64,000 bases of DNA from an uncultured Opitutia bacterium. Its GTDB lineage: Bacteria; Verrucomicrobiota; Verrucomicrobiia; Opitutales; Opitutaceae. The notes under the pieces are model-generated. The model did no database searches, was not told the DNA's origin, and saw nothing but the letters and a program-made list of their open reading frames with translations. The translations under genes were made by a program, and so were the position numbers. Shown in pieces: positions 56,313 through 64,000 of this stretch. Numbering within the stretch: the stretch's first letter is position 1; each line of letters starts with the position of its first letter. The stretch covers positions 13,549-77,548 of the forward strand of contig CAIONS010000013.1 of the NCBI GenBank assembly GCA_903859715.1, written 5' to 3'.

Positions 56313-59267
56313 CTAGCTGCTCTGAGCCTGGGCCAGCGCGTCGTGGAGAATCTCCGCCGGATGCAGCGCCCGGCGACCCGTCGCATCCTTGATCTGGTGG
56401 CGGCAGCTGGTGCCCGGTGCAGCCAGCAGCGTGTCGGCGGGCGCCGCGCGTACTGCCGGGAAAAGCACCAGCTCGCCGATCTGCTGCGAGAGCGCGAAGT
56501 GCTCCGCCTCATAGCCGAAGGATCCCGCCATCCCACAGCAACCGCTCGGAATCAGCTGGACCGAGTAGTGGGCCGGCAGCTCGAGCGCCTTCACTGTCGG
56601 CGTCAGCGAGGAGAGTGCCTTCTGGTGACAGTGGCCATGTAGCTTGATCCTGCGGGGCGCCGTGGTGAACGACTCGCGCCGGATCCGGCCGCCGTCCCGC
56701 TCTCGCGCAATAAACTCATCGAACAGCAGCGCGTTTTTTCCAAGGGCCTGGGCCGCTGGGATCAGATGCTCCGTCACCAGGTCCGGCACTTCGTCGCGGA
56801 AACCGAGGATCGCCGACGGCTCGAGCCCGATCAACGGCGTGGCCGCGGTGATCACATCCTTGAGCAGCTCGACATTCCGGATCGCCAGCCGTTGGGCATC
56901 GCGCAGCAGCCCCTTGGAAATCTGGGCGCGGCCGCTGTCCACGTGGGCCGGAATGACAACTTCGTAGCCCAGCCGGTTGAGCAGTTGCACCGCTTTGATG
57001 CCGACATCCGTGTCGTGGTAATTCGTGAACTCGTCGCAGAACAGAAATACCCGGCCGTTCGCGAACGCACCGGCTCGATTGGCGTGCCGGGCATGCCAGG
57101 ACCGCAGGGTCGTAGCGTGGAGTTTCGGAATGCTGCGCGCCTCCGCAAAACCGGAAAGGCGCTTCACCCAGCGTGACGTCACCGGGTTGGTCACGATCCA
57201 GTTATGCACCGCCGGCGCCAGCGAGGCCGCAGCCATGGAACGGGAGAAGCCGGCGATGAGCCGTGAGCGGAACGGCACCCCGTGTGCATCGTGGTAGTGC
57301 TGCTGCCATTCGGCCTTGAGCCGCGCGATGTCTACGTTGGAGGGACATTCCGACTTGCAGCCCTTGCAGGAAAGACAGAGGTCCATCACCTCCGCGACTT
57401 CCTCGCTGTCGAATGGCCGTGCGGCATCCCGCGGATGCGTGAGCATGTGGCGGAGCATGTTGGCCCGGGCCCGGGTCGTGTCCTGCTCGTTGCGCGTCGC
57501 CATATAGCTCGGGCACATCGTGCCGCCAGTCAGCTGAGTTTTGCGGCAGTCGCCGGAGCCGTTGCATTTCTCGGCGGCGCGCAGCACGCCCTGGGTGGCG
57601 CTGAAATTGAAGATCGTCTTGTACTCCGGCGTCGCTTCGCCGGGCGCGTGGCGCAGCGAGGTGTCCATCGGCGGCGTGTCGATGATCTTGCCGGGATTCA
57701 GCAGGCCGTCGGGATCGAAGGTCGCCTTCACGCGGCGCATCATCGCGTAGCAGGCATCACCGACCATGAACCGGATGAATTCGCCGCGCAGGCGGCCGTC
57801 GCCGTGCTCGCCGCTGAGGGAGCCGCGGTATTTTTTGACGAGCGCCGCGACATCCGTCGCGATGCCCCGGAACATCTTCAGGCCCTCTGCCGTTTTCAGG
57901 TTGAAGAGCGGCCGCGTGTGCAACTCGCCGGAACCGGCATGCGCGTAGTAGACGCAGTTGATGCCATATTTTTCCCGCATCAGCGCATCGAACTCGCCGA
58001 TGTAGGCGGGCAAATCCCCCACCGCGACCGCAGTGTCCTCCACGACCTCGCGCGGCTTGGCGTCGCCGACCACATTGGACAGGAGTCCCTGGCCGGCGCG
58101 GCGCAGGTCCCAGACCTTGTTGCCATCCTCACCCCACAGCACGGGAAACGCGTGCCCGAGCCCGGCCGCCCGCAGCTTCGCCTCCAGCGCGCCCAGCTCC
58201 CGCTCGATTTCCTCCCGGTGCTCGCGACGGATCTCGATGACGAGAATCGCGCCGGGGTCGCCTTGGATAAAGAAACGGTTCTTCGCCTGCTCCAGGTTCT
58301 GCTTCGTGCATTCGAGAATGTAGTGGTCGATGAGTTCGACCGCACTCGGCCGGTGACGCAGCGCGAGCAGCGTGGCCTGCAATGCTTCCTGCACCGAGTT
58401 GAAGTGGGCGCAGAGCAGCGCCCCCGGCGGCGGCAGCGGTTCGCAGTTGAACTCGAACTCCACGCCGAGAAACAGCGTGCCCTCTGAGCCCGCGAGAAGC
58501 CGGCAGAGGTTGAAGGGCTTCTCTGAAGCCGGATCGAACGCCGCACAATCCATCAGCTGGTCGAGCGCATAGCCGGTGTTGCGGCGTGTGACCGTGGGTT
58601 TCGGGTAGTTATCCCGGATCAGCCGGCGATTTTCCGGATCCGAAAGCAGATCGCGGACCGTGCGATAAATGCGCGCCTCGAGCGTATCCGGCCCCGCGCA
58701 CTTCCCGACGAACTCATCCCGAGTCAGCGGGCCGAAAGTCACCTCGGAGCCATCGCTCAGGAATCCCCGTGCCGACACGAGGTGGTCGCGCGTGGCGCCG
58801 TAGACCACGGAGTTCGAGCCGCAGGAATTATTGCCGACCATGCCGCCCAGCATGGCGCGGTTGGCGGTCGAGGTCTCGGGGCCGAAAAGCAGACCGTGGG
58901 GCTGGAGGGCGAGATTGAGTTCATTGCGCACCACCCCCGGCTGCACGCGCACGCGGCGTCGGGCGGCATCGATGGACACGATGCGGTTGAGGTGCCGGCC
59001 CAGATCCACCACGAGACCGGAACCCACTACCTGTCCGGCCAGCGAGGTGCCGGCCGTGCGCGGAATGATTCCGAGCCGATGCTCGCGGGCGAAAGCCAGC
59101 AGCGACCGCACATCCGCCTCGGTGCGCGGCAGGGCGACCGCGGCCGGCACCTCTTGATATTCCGAGGCATCAGTCGCATAGAGCAGCCGGGCCGTGCGGC
59201 CGGTCTGCAGTTCGCCCTCAAGAGCGGCCGCGAGGCGGCTGAAATCGGCTGGGGTCGGCACGGACAT
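56313..59267 (-). CDS. FAD-binding and (Fe-S)-binding oxidoreductase (fused GlcD/GlcF-like, YdiJ-like)
   Basis: 984 aa. FAD PCMH region IIPRTAGTSLAGQVVG. Ferredoxin-type CLSCKGCKSECP. C-terminal CCG motif PSGCCGMAGSFGY. Confidence 0.9.
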   Translation of the reverse strand: MSVPTPADFSRLAAALEGELQTGRTARLLYATDASEYQEVPAAVALPRTEADVRSLLAFAREHRLGIIPRTAGTSLAGQVVGSGLVVDLGRHLNRIVSIDAARRRVRVQPGVVRNELNLALQPHGLLFGPETSTANRAMLGGMVGNNSCGSNSVVYGATRDHLVSARGFLSDGSEVTFGPLTRDEFVGKCAGPDTLEARIYRTVRDLLSDPENRRLIRDNYPKPTVTRRNTGYALDQLMDCAAFDPASEKPFNLCRLLAGSEGTLFLGVEFEFNCEPLPPPGALLCAHFNSVQEALQATLLALRHRPSAVELIDHYILECTKQNLEQAKNRFFIQGDPGAILVIEIRREHREEIERELGALEAKLRAAGLGHAFPVLWGEDGNKVWDLRRAGQGLLSNVVGDAKPREVVEDTAVAVGDLPAYIGEFDALMREKYGINCVYYAHAGSGELHTRPLFNLKTAEGLKMFRGIATDVAALVKKYRGSLSGEHGDGRLRGEFIRFMVGDACYAMMRRVKATFDPDGLLNPGKIIDTPPMDTSLRHAPGEATPEYKTIFNFSATQGVLRAAEKCNGSGDCRKTQLTGGTMCPSYMATRNEQDTTRARANMLRHMLTHPRDAARPFDSEEVAEVMDLCLSCKGCKSECPSNVDIARLKAEWQQHYHDAHGVPFRSRLIAGFSRSMAAASLAPAVHNWIVTNPVTSRWVKRLSGFAEARSIPKLHATTLRSWHARHANRAGAFANGRVFLFCDEFTNYHDTDVGIKAVQLLNRLGYEVVIPAHVDSGRAQISKGLLRDAQRLAIRNVELLKDVITAATPLIGLEPSAILGFRDEVPDLVTEHLIPAAQALGKNALLFDEFIARERDGGRIRRESFTTAPRRIKLHGHCHQKALSSLTPTVKALELPAHYSVQLIPSGCCGMAGSFGYEAEHFALSQQIGELVLFPAVRAAPADTLLAAPGTSCRHQIKDATGRRALHPAEILHDALAQAQSS

Positions 59268-59358
59268 CGGGCCGCAAACTAAAAGTCCGCCGCGTGGCGT
59301 GGCGAGCTTCGTGCAGACACCCTGTTCAAGGTAGCGAATCCTCCGGATGAGCCATCAT

Positions 59359-59410
59359 AGCGCAGGCATCCTGCCTGCTCTGAGTCTGATGCAGGCAGAA
59401 TGCCCGCGCT
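59359..59410. repeat. inverted repeat 'agcgcRggcatYctgcctgc' (20-nt arms)
   Basis: Arm 59359-59378 versus arm 59391-59410, with 2 transition mismatches and a 12-nt loop. The right arm overlaps the TAG stop of the DUF1223 gene. Confidence 0.85.
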
Positions 59411-60119
59411 ACTCCAGCCAGCCGCCCGTCGCCTGCAGTGGAACCTGTTCTCCTCGGCGCGTGACCCAGACTGCCAGTGCCTGCCGGGGAACGCCGTCGA
59501 TCCTGGGCCGCTTCAGCGCAATTTCTGCCCCCGGTGTGCCGCGCGTCACGACAAGCGCCACGAATTCCTGGCGCAGCGTTTCCCCGGAATTTTCGCCGGC
59601 GATCACGTGTGACACAATTCCTCCGCCCAAAATTGCCGCGTGAATTTCATAGCCGGGGCTGGCTGCCGGACTCACCGGGAAAAATTCCGTATGCAGCACC
59701 GCACCGTCGTAAGTGACCGTCAGCCGGCCGGCCGGCACATCCGAAAGGGACAGGTCGTGCGCACCCTTCGATTCGGCACCGTTGCGCACCAAGCATGGCG
59801 TATAGACGCTGTCGCTGTGCCACGCCGCGGCGTAAGCGTATTCGCGGGCGGTGAATTCCCGGGTGGAAAAACGGTCGGGCCAGCCGAGGCGGTTCCAGTA
59901 ATCGACATGGAAGGCGACCGGCACGAAATCATGCCACAACCCCGGCTCATCCCGCAGGGATCCCAACCAGCGTTCCGCCGGCGGGCAGCTGCTGCAGCCC
60001 TCGCTGGTGAACAGCTCGATCAGCGCGGTCTGCGCCGGACCGCTGGTAAAATGCACGTGGTCGGCACGCAGCACCGTGATCCCCGCCAGCCAGATGCCAA
60101 AAAATAAAAACGGCCTCAT
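59409..60119 (-). CDS. DUF1223 domain-containing protein (secreted, thioredoxin-like CxxC)
   Basis: Signal peptide. ELFTSEGCSSCPPAERWL. Confidence 0.85.
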   Translation of the reverse strand: MRPFLFFGIWLAGITVLRADHVHFTSGPAQTALIELFTSEGCSSCPPAERWLGSLRDEPGLWHDFVPVAFHVDYWNRLGWPDRFSTREFTAREYAYAAAWHSDSVYTPCLVRNGAESKGAHDLSLSDVPAGRLTVTYDGAVLHTEFFPVSPAASPGYEIHAAILGGGIVSHVIAGENSGETLRQEFVALVVTRGTPGAEIALKRPRIDGVPRQALAVWVTRRGEQVPLQATGGWLE

Positions 60120-60169
60120 GCAGGAGATGAGGCCGTCGGGCTGAAAGTTATTCCGCGCGGGGCGCGGGT

Positions 60170-61231
60170 TTATTTCCAGTTCAGCAAGAGCCGGGTGAAG
60201 TAACCCGTATCGAGCCGTTCAATTCCAGGGCCGGGCTTGCTGTTGTAGTCGTTGCTGACGCCCATGCGCAGCTTCCAGGCCGGGTTGGCCAGCGGAATCT
60301 CGTAGAACGACTCATGGGTGAAGTGGAAATTGCTGAAATCGTTGAACGAGGGCACATAGGTGAGACGGTTCACCAGCTTCGACGTGGTGAAAGTCCACTC
60401 GTGGTTGACGCCGAAATCGAGACCCATGGTCTTCAGCGCCGGCTGCGTTACATCGCCGTAGCCTTCGTAGCGGAACGAGAGACCGGCGCGGAACGTCAGG
60501 AGGTGCAGCGGCTCCTTGATGACATCGTAGCCCAAGCCCGCGGCCGCGGTGTTGTAGAGGTCGATGTCCTTGGGCCGGTCAAACCCGGCTTCGTCGCGGG
60601 CTTACCAGGAGAGGTTGCCCGCAAAGTTGTCGGCATAATCGACGCCGGCCTTGAACTGGTCGGCGGAGGTAACGCCATCGGAAACCTGCCGGTTGTAAGC
60701 CGTGTAGAACTGCAGGGTATCCTCGGGGGTCTTGAGCGTGGCACGGAAGCTGGCGGCCGTGCCGAGCTGCTCCTGGTTGCCGGTCTTGCCCGAGACATCC
60801 ACACCGGCCTCATAAGCCCAGTGACGCTCCCTGGCGGCCAGGGCCTTTTTCATCGCAGTGACCTGCGGGTCCTCGCCCGTGGGCGTCCAAGTGGCGGCGA
60901 CTTTCTCCACCTTGGTGGAAAGCTCACCGTCCGCCCCGGTGATCTTGAGCGCACCGCCTTCGCTGGTGACGATACCTTGGAGCGTGGTGCCGGTGGCGAG
61001 ACGCACGACCACGGGGGTATCCGTGATGATGCCGGTGACCTCGGACTGCTTGATGGTCAGGTCGCCCGCGTAATCCGTGGTGACGTAGACCTTGCCATCA
61101 TCGATCTTGATGACCTTGCCCACGATGCGGGCGCCGTTCTTGGTCTCGACGACATCAGCCAAAGCCTGCGTCGCGACAAAAGCGGCGCTGGCGAGAACAA
61201 GGACTGTACGGAAGTGCTTAAGGAGGTGCAT
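60170..61231 (-). pseudogene. DUF481-family outer-membrane beta-barrel gene interrupted by one in-frame TAA (60602-60604)
   Basis: ORFs 60602-61282 and 60170-60535 are in the same frame. Read-through gives ...FAGNLSW*ARDEAGFDRPKDIDLYNTAAAGLGYDVIKEP.... The stop sits where DUF481 proteins have SW(Y/F).R. Signal peptide MHLLKHFRTVLVLASAAFVATQALA starts at ATG 61231. Confidence 0.7.
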
Positions 61232-61376
61232 GGCGTGGGTGGAAAAGAGTCCAAAAAACCGTATCCGAAACAGGTTTGTCAACCAAACTGCCTGTTTGAG
61301 CCGATTTTTAACGATTCACGCACCGACCGGCTCGACAACCTCCTGCGGCCCGCCTTGTTTCGACCGCCCGCCGCCC

Positions 61377-62288
61377 ATGTCTGCGCCCGCTCAACGCCCT
61401 GCCCTCATCGTCGCCGACCGCTGGCGCGACTATCAGCTGCTCGACTGTGGCGATGGCCTGAAGCAGGAGCGCTGGGGACCCTACACCCTCGTCCGGCCCG
61501 ACCCACAGGTCATCTGGCCGCGCCACGGCTCGAACGGGAAAACACCCGCCGGCGCGTGGGAGAACTGGGATGGCTTCTACCACCGCAGCGAGCAGGGCGG
61601 CGGCAAATGGGAATTCCGCCGGGACCTGCCCGACCACTGGAAAATCAGCTACGGGGCCCTGACCTTTAAGATCCATCCCACGTCGTTCAAGCACACCGGC
61701 CTCTTTCCCGAGCAGGCGGTGAACTGGGATTGGTTCGGCGCGAAGATCAAGGCCGCCCGCGCCGCCGGCCGCGAGGTCTCGGTGCTCAATCTCTTCGGCT
61801 ACACCGGCGCCGCCACCGTCGCCGCGGCTGCGGCCGGTGCCAGCGTCTGTCACGTCGACGCCGCCGAGGGCATGGTGAAATGGTGCCGGGAAAACGCCGC
61901 GCTCAGCGGCCTCGCCGAGGCGCCCATCCGCTACATCACCGACGACTGCCTCAAGTTTGCCCGCCGCGAGCTGAAGCGCGGCCGCCGCTACGACGCCATC
62001 ATCATGGATCCGCCGACCTACGGTCGCGGCAGCACGGGTGAAATGTGGCGGCTCGAGGACCACCTGTGGGAATTGCTGACCGAATGCCGCGCACTGCTGA
62101 GCGAGCAACCGCTGTTCTTCCTGATCAACGCCTACACCGCGCGCCTCTCGCCCACTGTCGTCGCCAACCTGCTCGCCGAGCTCCTTTACGGCCGTGGTGG
62201 TTCCATCACCGCCGGCGAAGTCGGCCTGCCGATCCAGCACGACGGCAAGGTGCTCCCCTGCGGCATTTACGGCCGCTGGGAGACGTAA
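61377..62288 (+). CDS. class I SAM-dependent (rRNA large-subunit RlmI/RlmK-like) methyltransferase
   Basis: ORF 61092-62288; ATG at 61377 (MSAPAQRPALIVADRW...). SAM motif LNLFGYTGAATVAAA and catalytic IIMDPPTYGRG. Confidence 0.8.
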   Translation: MSAPAQRPALIVADRWRDYQLLDCGDGLKQERWGPYTLVRPDPQVIWPRHGSNGKTPAGAWENWDGFYHRSEQGGGKWEFRRDLPDHWKISYGALTFKIHPTSFKHTGLFPEQAVNWDWFGAKIKAARAAGREVSVLNLFGYTGAATVAAAAAGASVCHVDAAEGMVKWCRENAALSGLAEAPIRYITDDCLKFARRELKRGRRYDAIIMDPPTYGRGSTGEMWRLEDHLWELLTECRALLSEQPLFFLINAYTARLSPTVVANLLAELLYGRGGSITAGEVGLPIQHDGKVLPCGIYGRWET

Positions 62289-62306
62289 ACCGGAGCCGCG
62301 TCCTGC

Positions 62307-64000
62307 TTAATGGGTGCCGGCTGTCGCGATGGCCGGGCTTGTATCCGCCGGCATATTCGTCGCCAGGAACTGCTCGATGCGTCCGAACAGCAGGACGACA
62401 TCCTTGTAGCCGCGGAAACCGTGCAGCTCGTTCTGCTTGGCCAGCACCTCGTAGGGTTTGTGCGCCCGATCCAGAGCCGCCATGAGCGTCGTCGCCTGCT
62501 CATACGGCACGGTGGGATCGTCCTTGCCATGCACAATCAGGAGCGGCGCCCGGATCTTGTCGACCAGTTCCACAGGTGAGACGGCGTGGAGCTCGGCCGC
62601 ATCCTTGTCCGGATCGCCGATATTGGTCCGGATGAAATGAGACCCGAGCGGAATGTTTGCCTGATCGTATTTGATAAGGCTGACCCAGTCGGTCACCCCC
62701 GCTATATCAATACCGCAACAGTATAATTCCGGTGTCTGCATCAGGCCCATCAGCGTCGAGTAGCCACCGTAGCTTCCCCCCATGATGGCGATGCGGGCCG
62801 GGTCGGCGATGCCCTGGTCGATCGCCCAGCGCGTGCCATCGGCAATGTCATCCTGGATCTTGCGCCCGACCTGGCGCTTTCCTTTCTGGAAGAAATCATC
62901 CCCATAGCCGTTCGAACCCCGGTAATTCATCTGCAGCACGGCATACCCGCGATTCGCCAAGAACTGCGTCATCATGTCGAACTCAAGGGAATCCCTCACC
63001 CACGGGCTGCCATGCGGGTACACGATCAGCGGCAGGTGCTTGGGCTCGTGCCCGGCCGGCACCGTCAGGTAGCCCTCGATGACGAGGCCATCCCGCGCCT
63101 TATAGCTGATCGGGTAGACTTCCGCCATCTGCGCGGGCTTGAACCACGGGGCGCGCGTAAACAACTCCTTGAGGGTTTTCTTGGTGGAATCAAAGATGTA
63201 ATAGGTGCCGGGATCCCGCGCTGTCCAGGACAGGACGACCATCTTGCCGAGGTCGTCACTGAAGCTGGTGATGGTATTGACGCGCTTCGGCAGCGCCTGA
63301 TCCACCGCCGCCTGCACCGCGCGCAGGGTCGGATCGAGCCAGAAGGTCCGGGGCTGGTTGGTGATATAACGGATGCCGAGCAGGTCGCGCCGCACCCGGG
63401 ACAAAACCAGTGACTGCATGCTGATCCCATCATGGGAAACATGGTAATCCGGTGGGATGATGTCGTAGTGGTTGTGGGCCAGAATGAGGTCACCCAACCG
63501 CTGGTTCGCCAGATCGTAGGCGTAGACCCCCCATTTTCTTTCCGGAGTGATGCGGCCGATATAGAGGGTTTTGGCATCCCCCGACATCCCCAGCACCAGG
63601 GTGCGCAGGCCGTTGTAGTCCAGCCCCCGCGGCACTTGCCAGCCGGCCGACTCGCTCTCGCGGTAAATCACGCGATTCAGGCCTTTCTCCGTCTGCACCC
63701 CGACACGCAAAACTCCCGCGCTGTCCGCAATCCAGTTGGTAACATTGCCCGGATTTTCCAGCTCCCGGCCATAGCCGCCGATCCGGGTGTTGACGCGGAA
63801 TACATTCGGGTAGGGCAGCCAGACGAACTGTCCGGAGTAGGCGTTGACCGGAAAGTCATATTGATTGAGCAGGACATCATCCTCCATGGCCGAATTAATG
63901 ACCGTGGGCGCATAGAAGGTGTGGCGGTCGGTGTTCAGGTTTTGTTCCCGCGCCTGACCCGACAGGCCCACGTAGTTGGCCCCATCATAATCGATGGCGG
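62307..64000 (-). CDS. S9 prolyl oligopeptidase-family serine peptidase; N-terminus beyond window end
   Basis: Nucleophile IAIMGGSYGGYST. Asp region LLIVHGKDDPTVP. His region NELHGF. A beta-propeller-like N-terminal part continues to position 64000. Confidence 0.85.
   Translation of the reverse strand, partial: AIDYDGANYVGLSGQAREQNLNTDRHTFYAPTVINSAMEDDVLLNQYDFPVNAYSGQFVWLPYPNVFRVNTRIGGYGRELENPGNVTNWIADSAGVLRVGVQTEKGLNRVIYRESESAGWQVPRGLDYNGLRTLVLGMSGDAKTLYIGRITPERKWGVYAYDLANQRLGDLILAHNHYDIIPPDYHVSHDGISMQSLVLSRVRRDLLGIRYITNQPRTFWLDPTLRAVQAAVDQALPKRVNTITSFSDDLGKMVVLSWTARDPGTYYIFDSTKKTLKELFTRAPWFKPAQMAEVYPISYKARDGLVIEGYLTVPAGHEPKHLPLIVYPHGSPWVRDSLEFDMMTQFLANRGYAVLQMNYRGSNGYGDDFFQKGKRQVGRKIQDDIADGTRWAIDQGIADPARIAIMGGSYGGYSTLMGLMQTPELYCCGIDIAGVTDWVSLIKYDQANIPLGSHFIRTNIGDPDKDAAELHAVSPVELVDKIRAPLLIVHGKDDPTVPYEQATTLMAALDRAHKPYEVLAKQNELHGFRGYKDVVLLFGRIEQFLATNMPADTSPAIATAGTH

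Overview
GC-rich, densely coding chromosomal segment. I infer a Verrucomicrobia/Opitutaceae-like (PVC group) genome from three things: a giant lectin + autotransporter-beta-strand-repeat + PEP-CTERM protein, a stand-alone SWIB-domain protein, and the kinds of intergenic palindromic repeats present. I support about 58 protein-coding genes. I found no rRNA or tRNA genes, no CRISPR array, and no integrase, transposase or phage genes. Gene content is mostly housekeeping, transport and stress. Transport genes: an MFS transporter, four DMT/EamA-family genes including a tandem pair and rarD, a heterodimeric ABC exporter pair, a TetR-HlyD-ABC-ABC2 efflux operon, MgtE, an MscS-like channel and TerC. 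Envelope and redox genes: DsbD, DCC/DUF393 and an FdhF/YdeP-type molybdoenzyme. Stress genes: two Hsp20, an Hsp15-like S4 protein, an OsmY-like BON protein, an RRM RNA-binding protein and a DEAD-box helicase. There is also one hybrid sensor kinase, and several metabolic enzymes (PhhA fragment, PatB/MalY lyase, Dus, GH78-like hydrolase, gluconokinase, penicillin/AHL-acylase family, Upp, YdiJ-like FAD/Fe-S oxidoreductase, S9 peptidase). I could not identify a coherent multi-gene novel system such as a defence island, retroelement or toxin-antitoxin pair. The most unusual signals are listed here. (1) At least six sequence-unrelated families of short palindromic intergenic elements sit mostly within about 30 nt of stop codons; one is a 210-bp nested palindrome whose outer stem pairs almost perfectly only on the minus strand. 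(2) A DUF481 outer-membrane gene is interrupted by a single in-frame TAA. (3) A yybP-ykoY (Mn2+) riboswitch-like motif lies between the divergent MscS and TerC genes but points toward MscS. (4) An RRM-protein gene has a roughly 200-nt leader that looks less GC-rich. (5) A Pro/Ala-rich membrane protein carries four spaced basic LRLKPK-type motifs. All coordinates come from the ORF track plus manual reading. Hairpin coordinates may be off by 1-2 nt.
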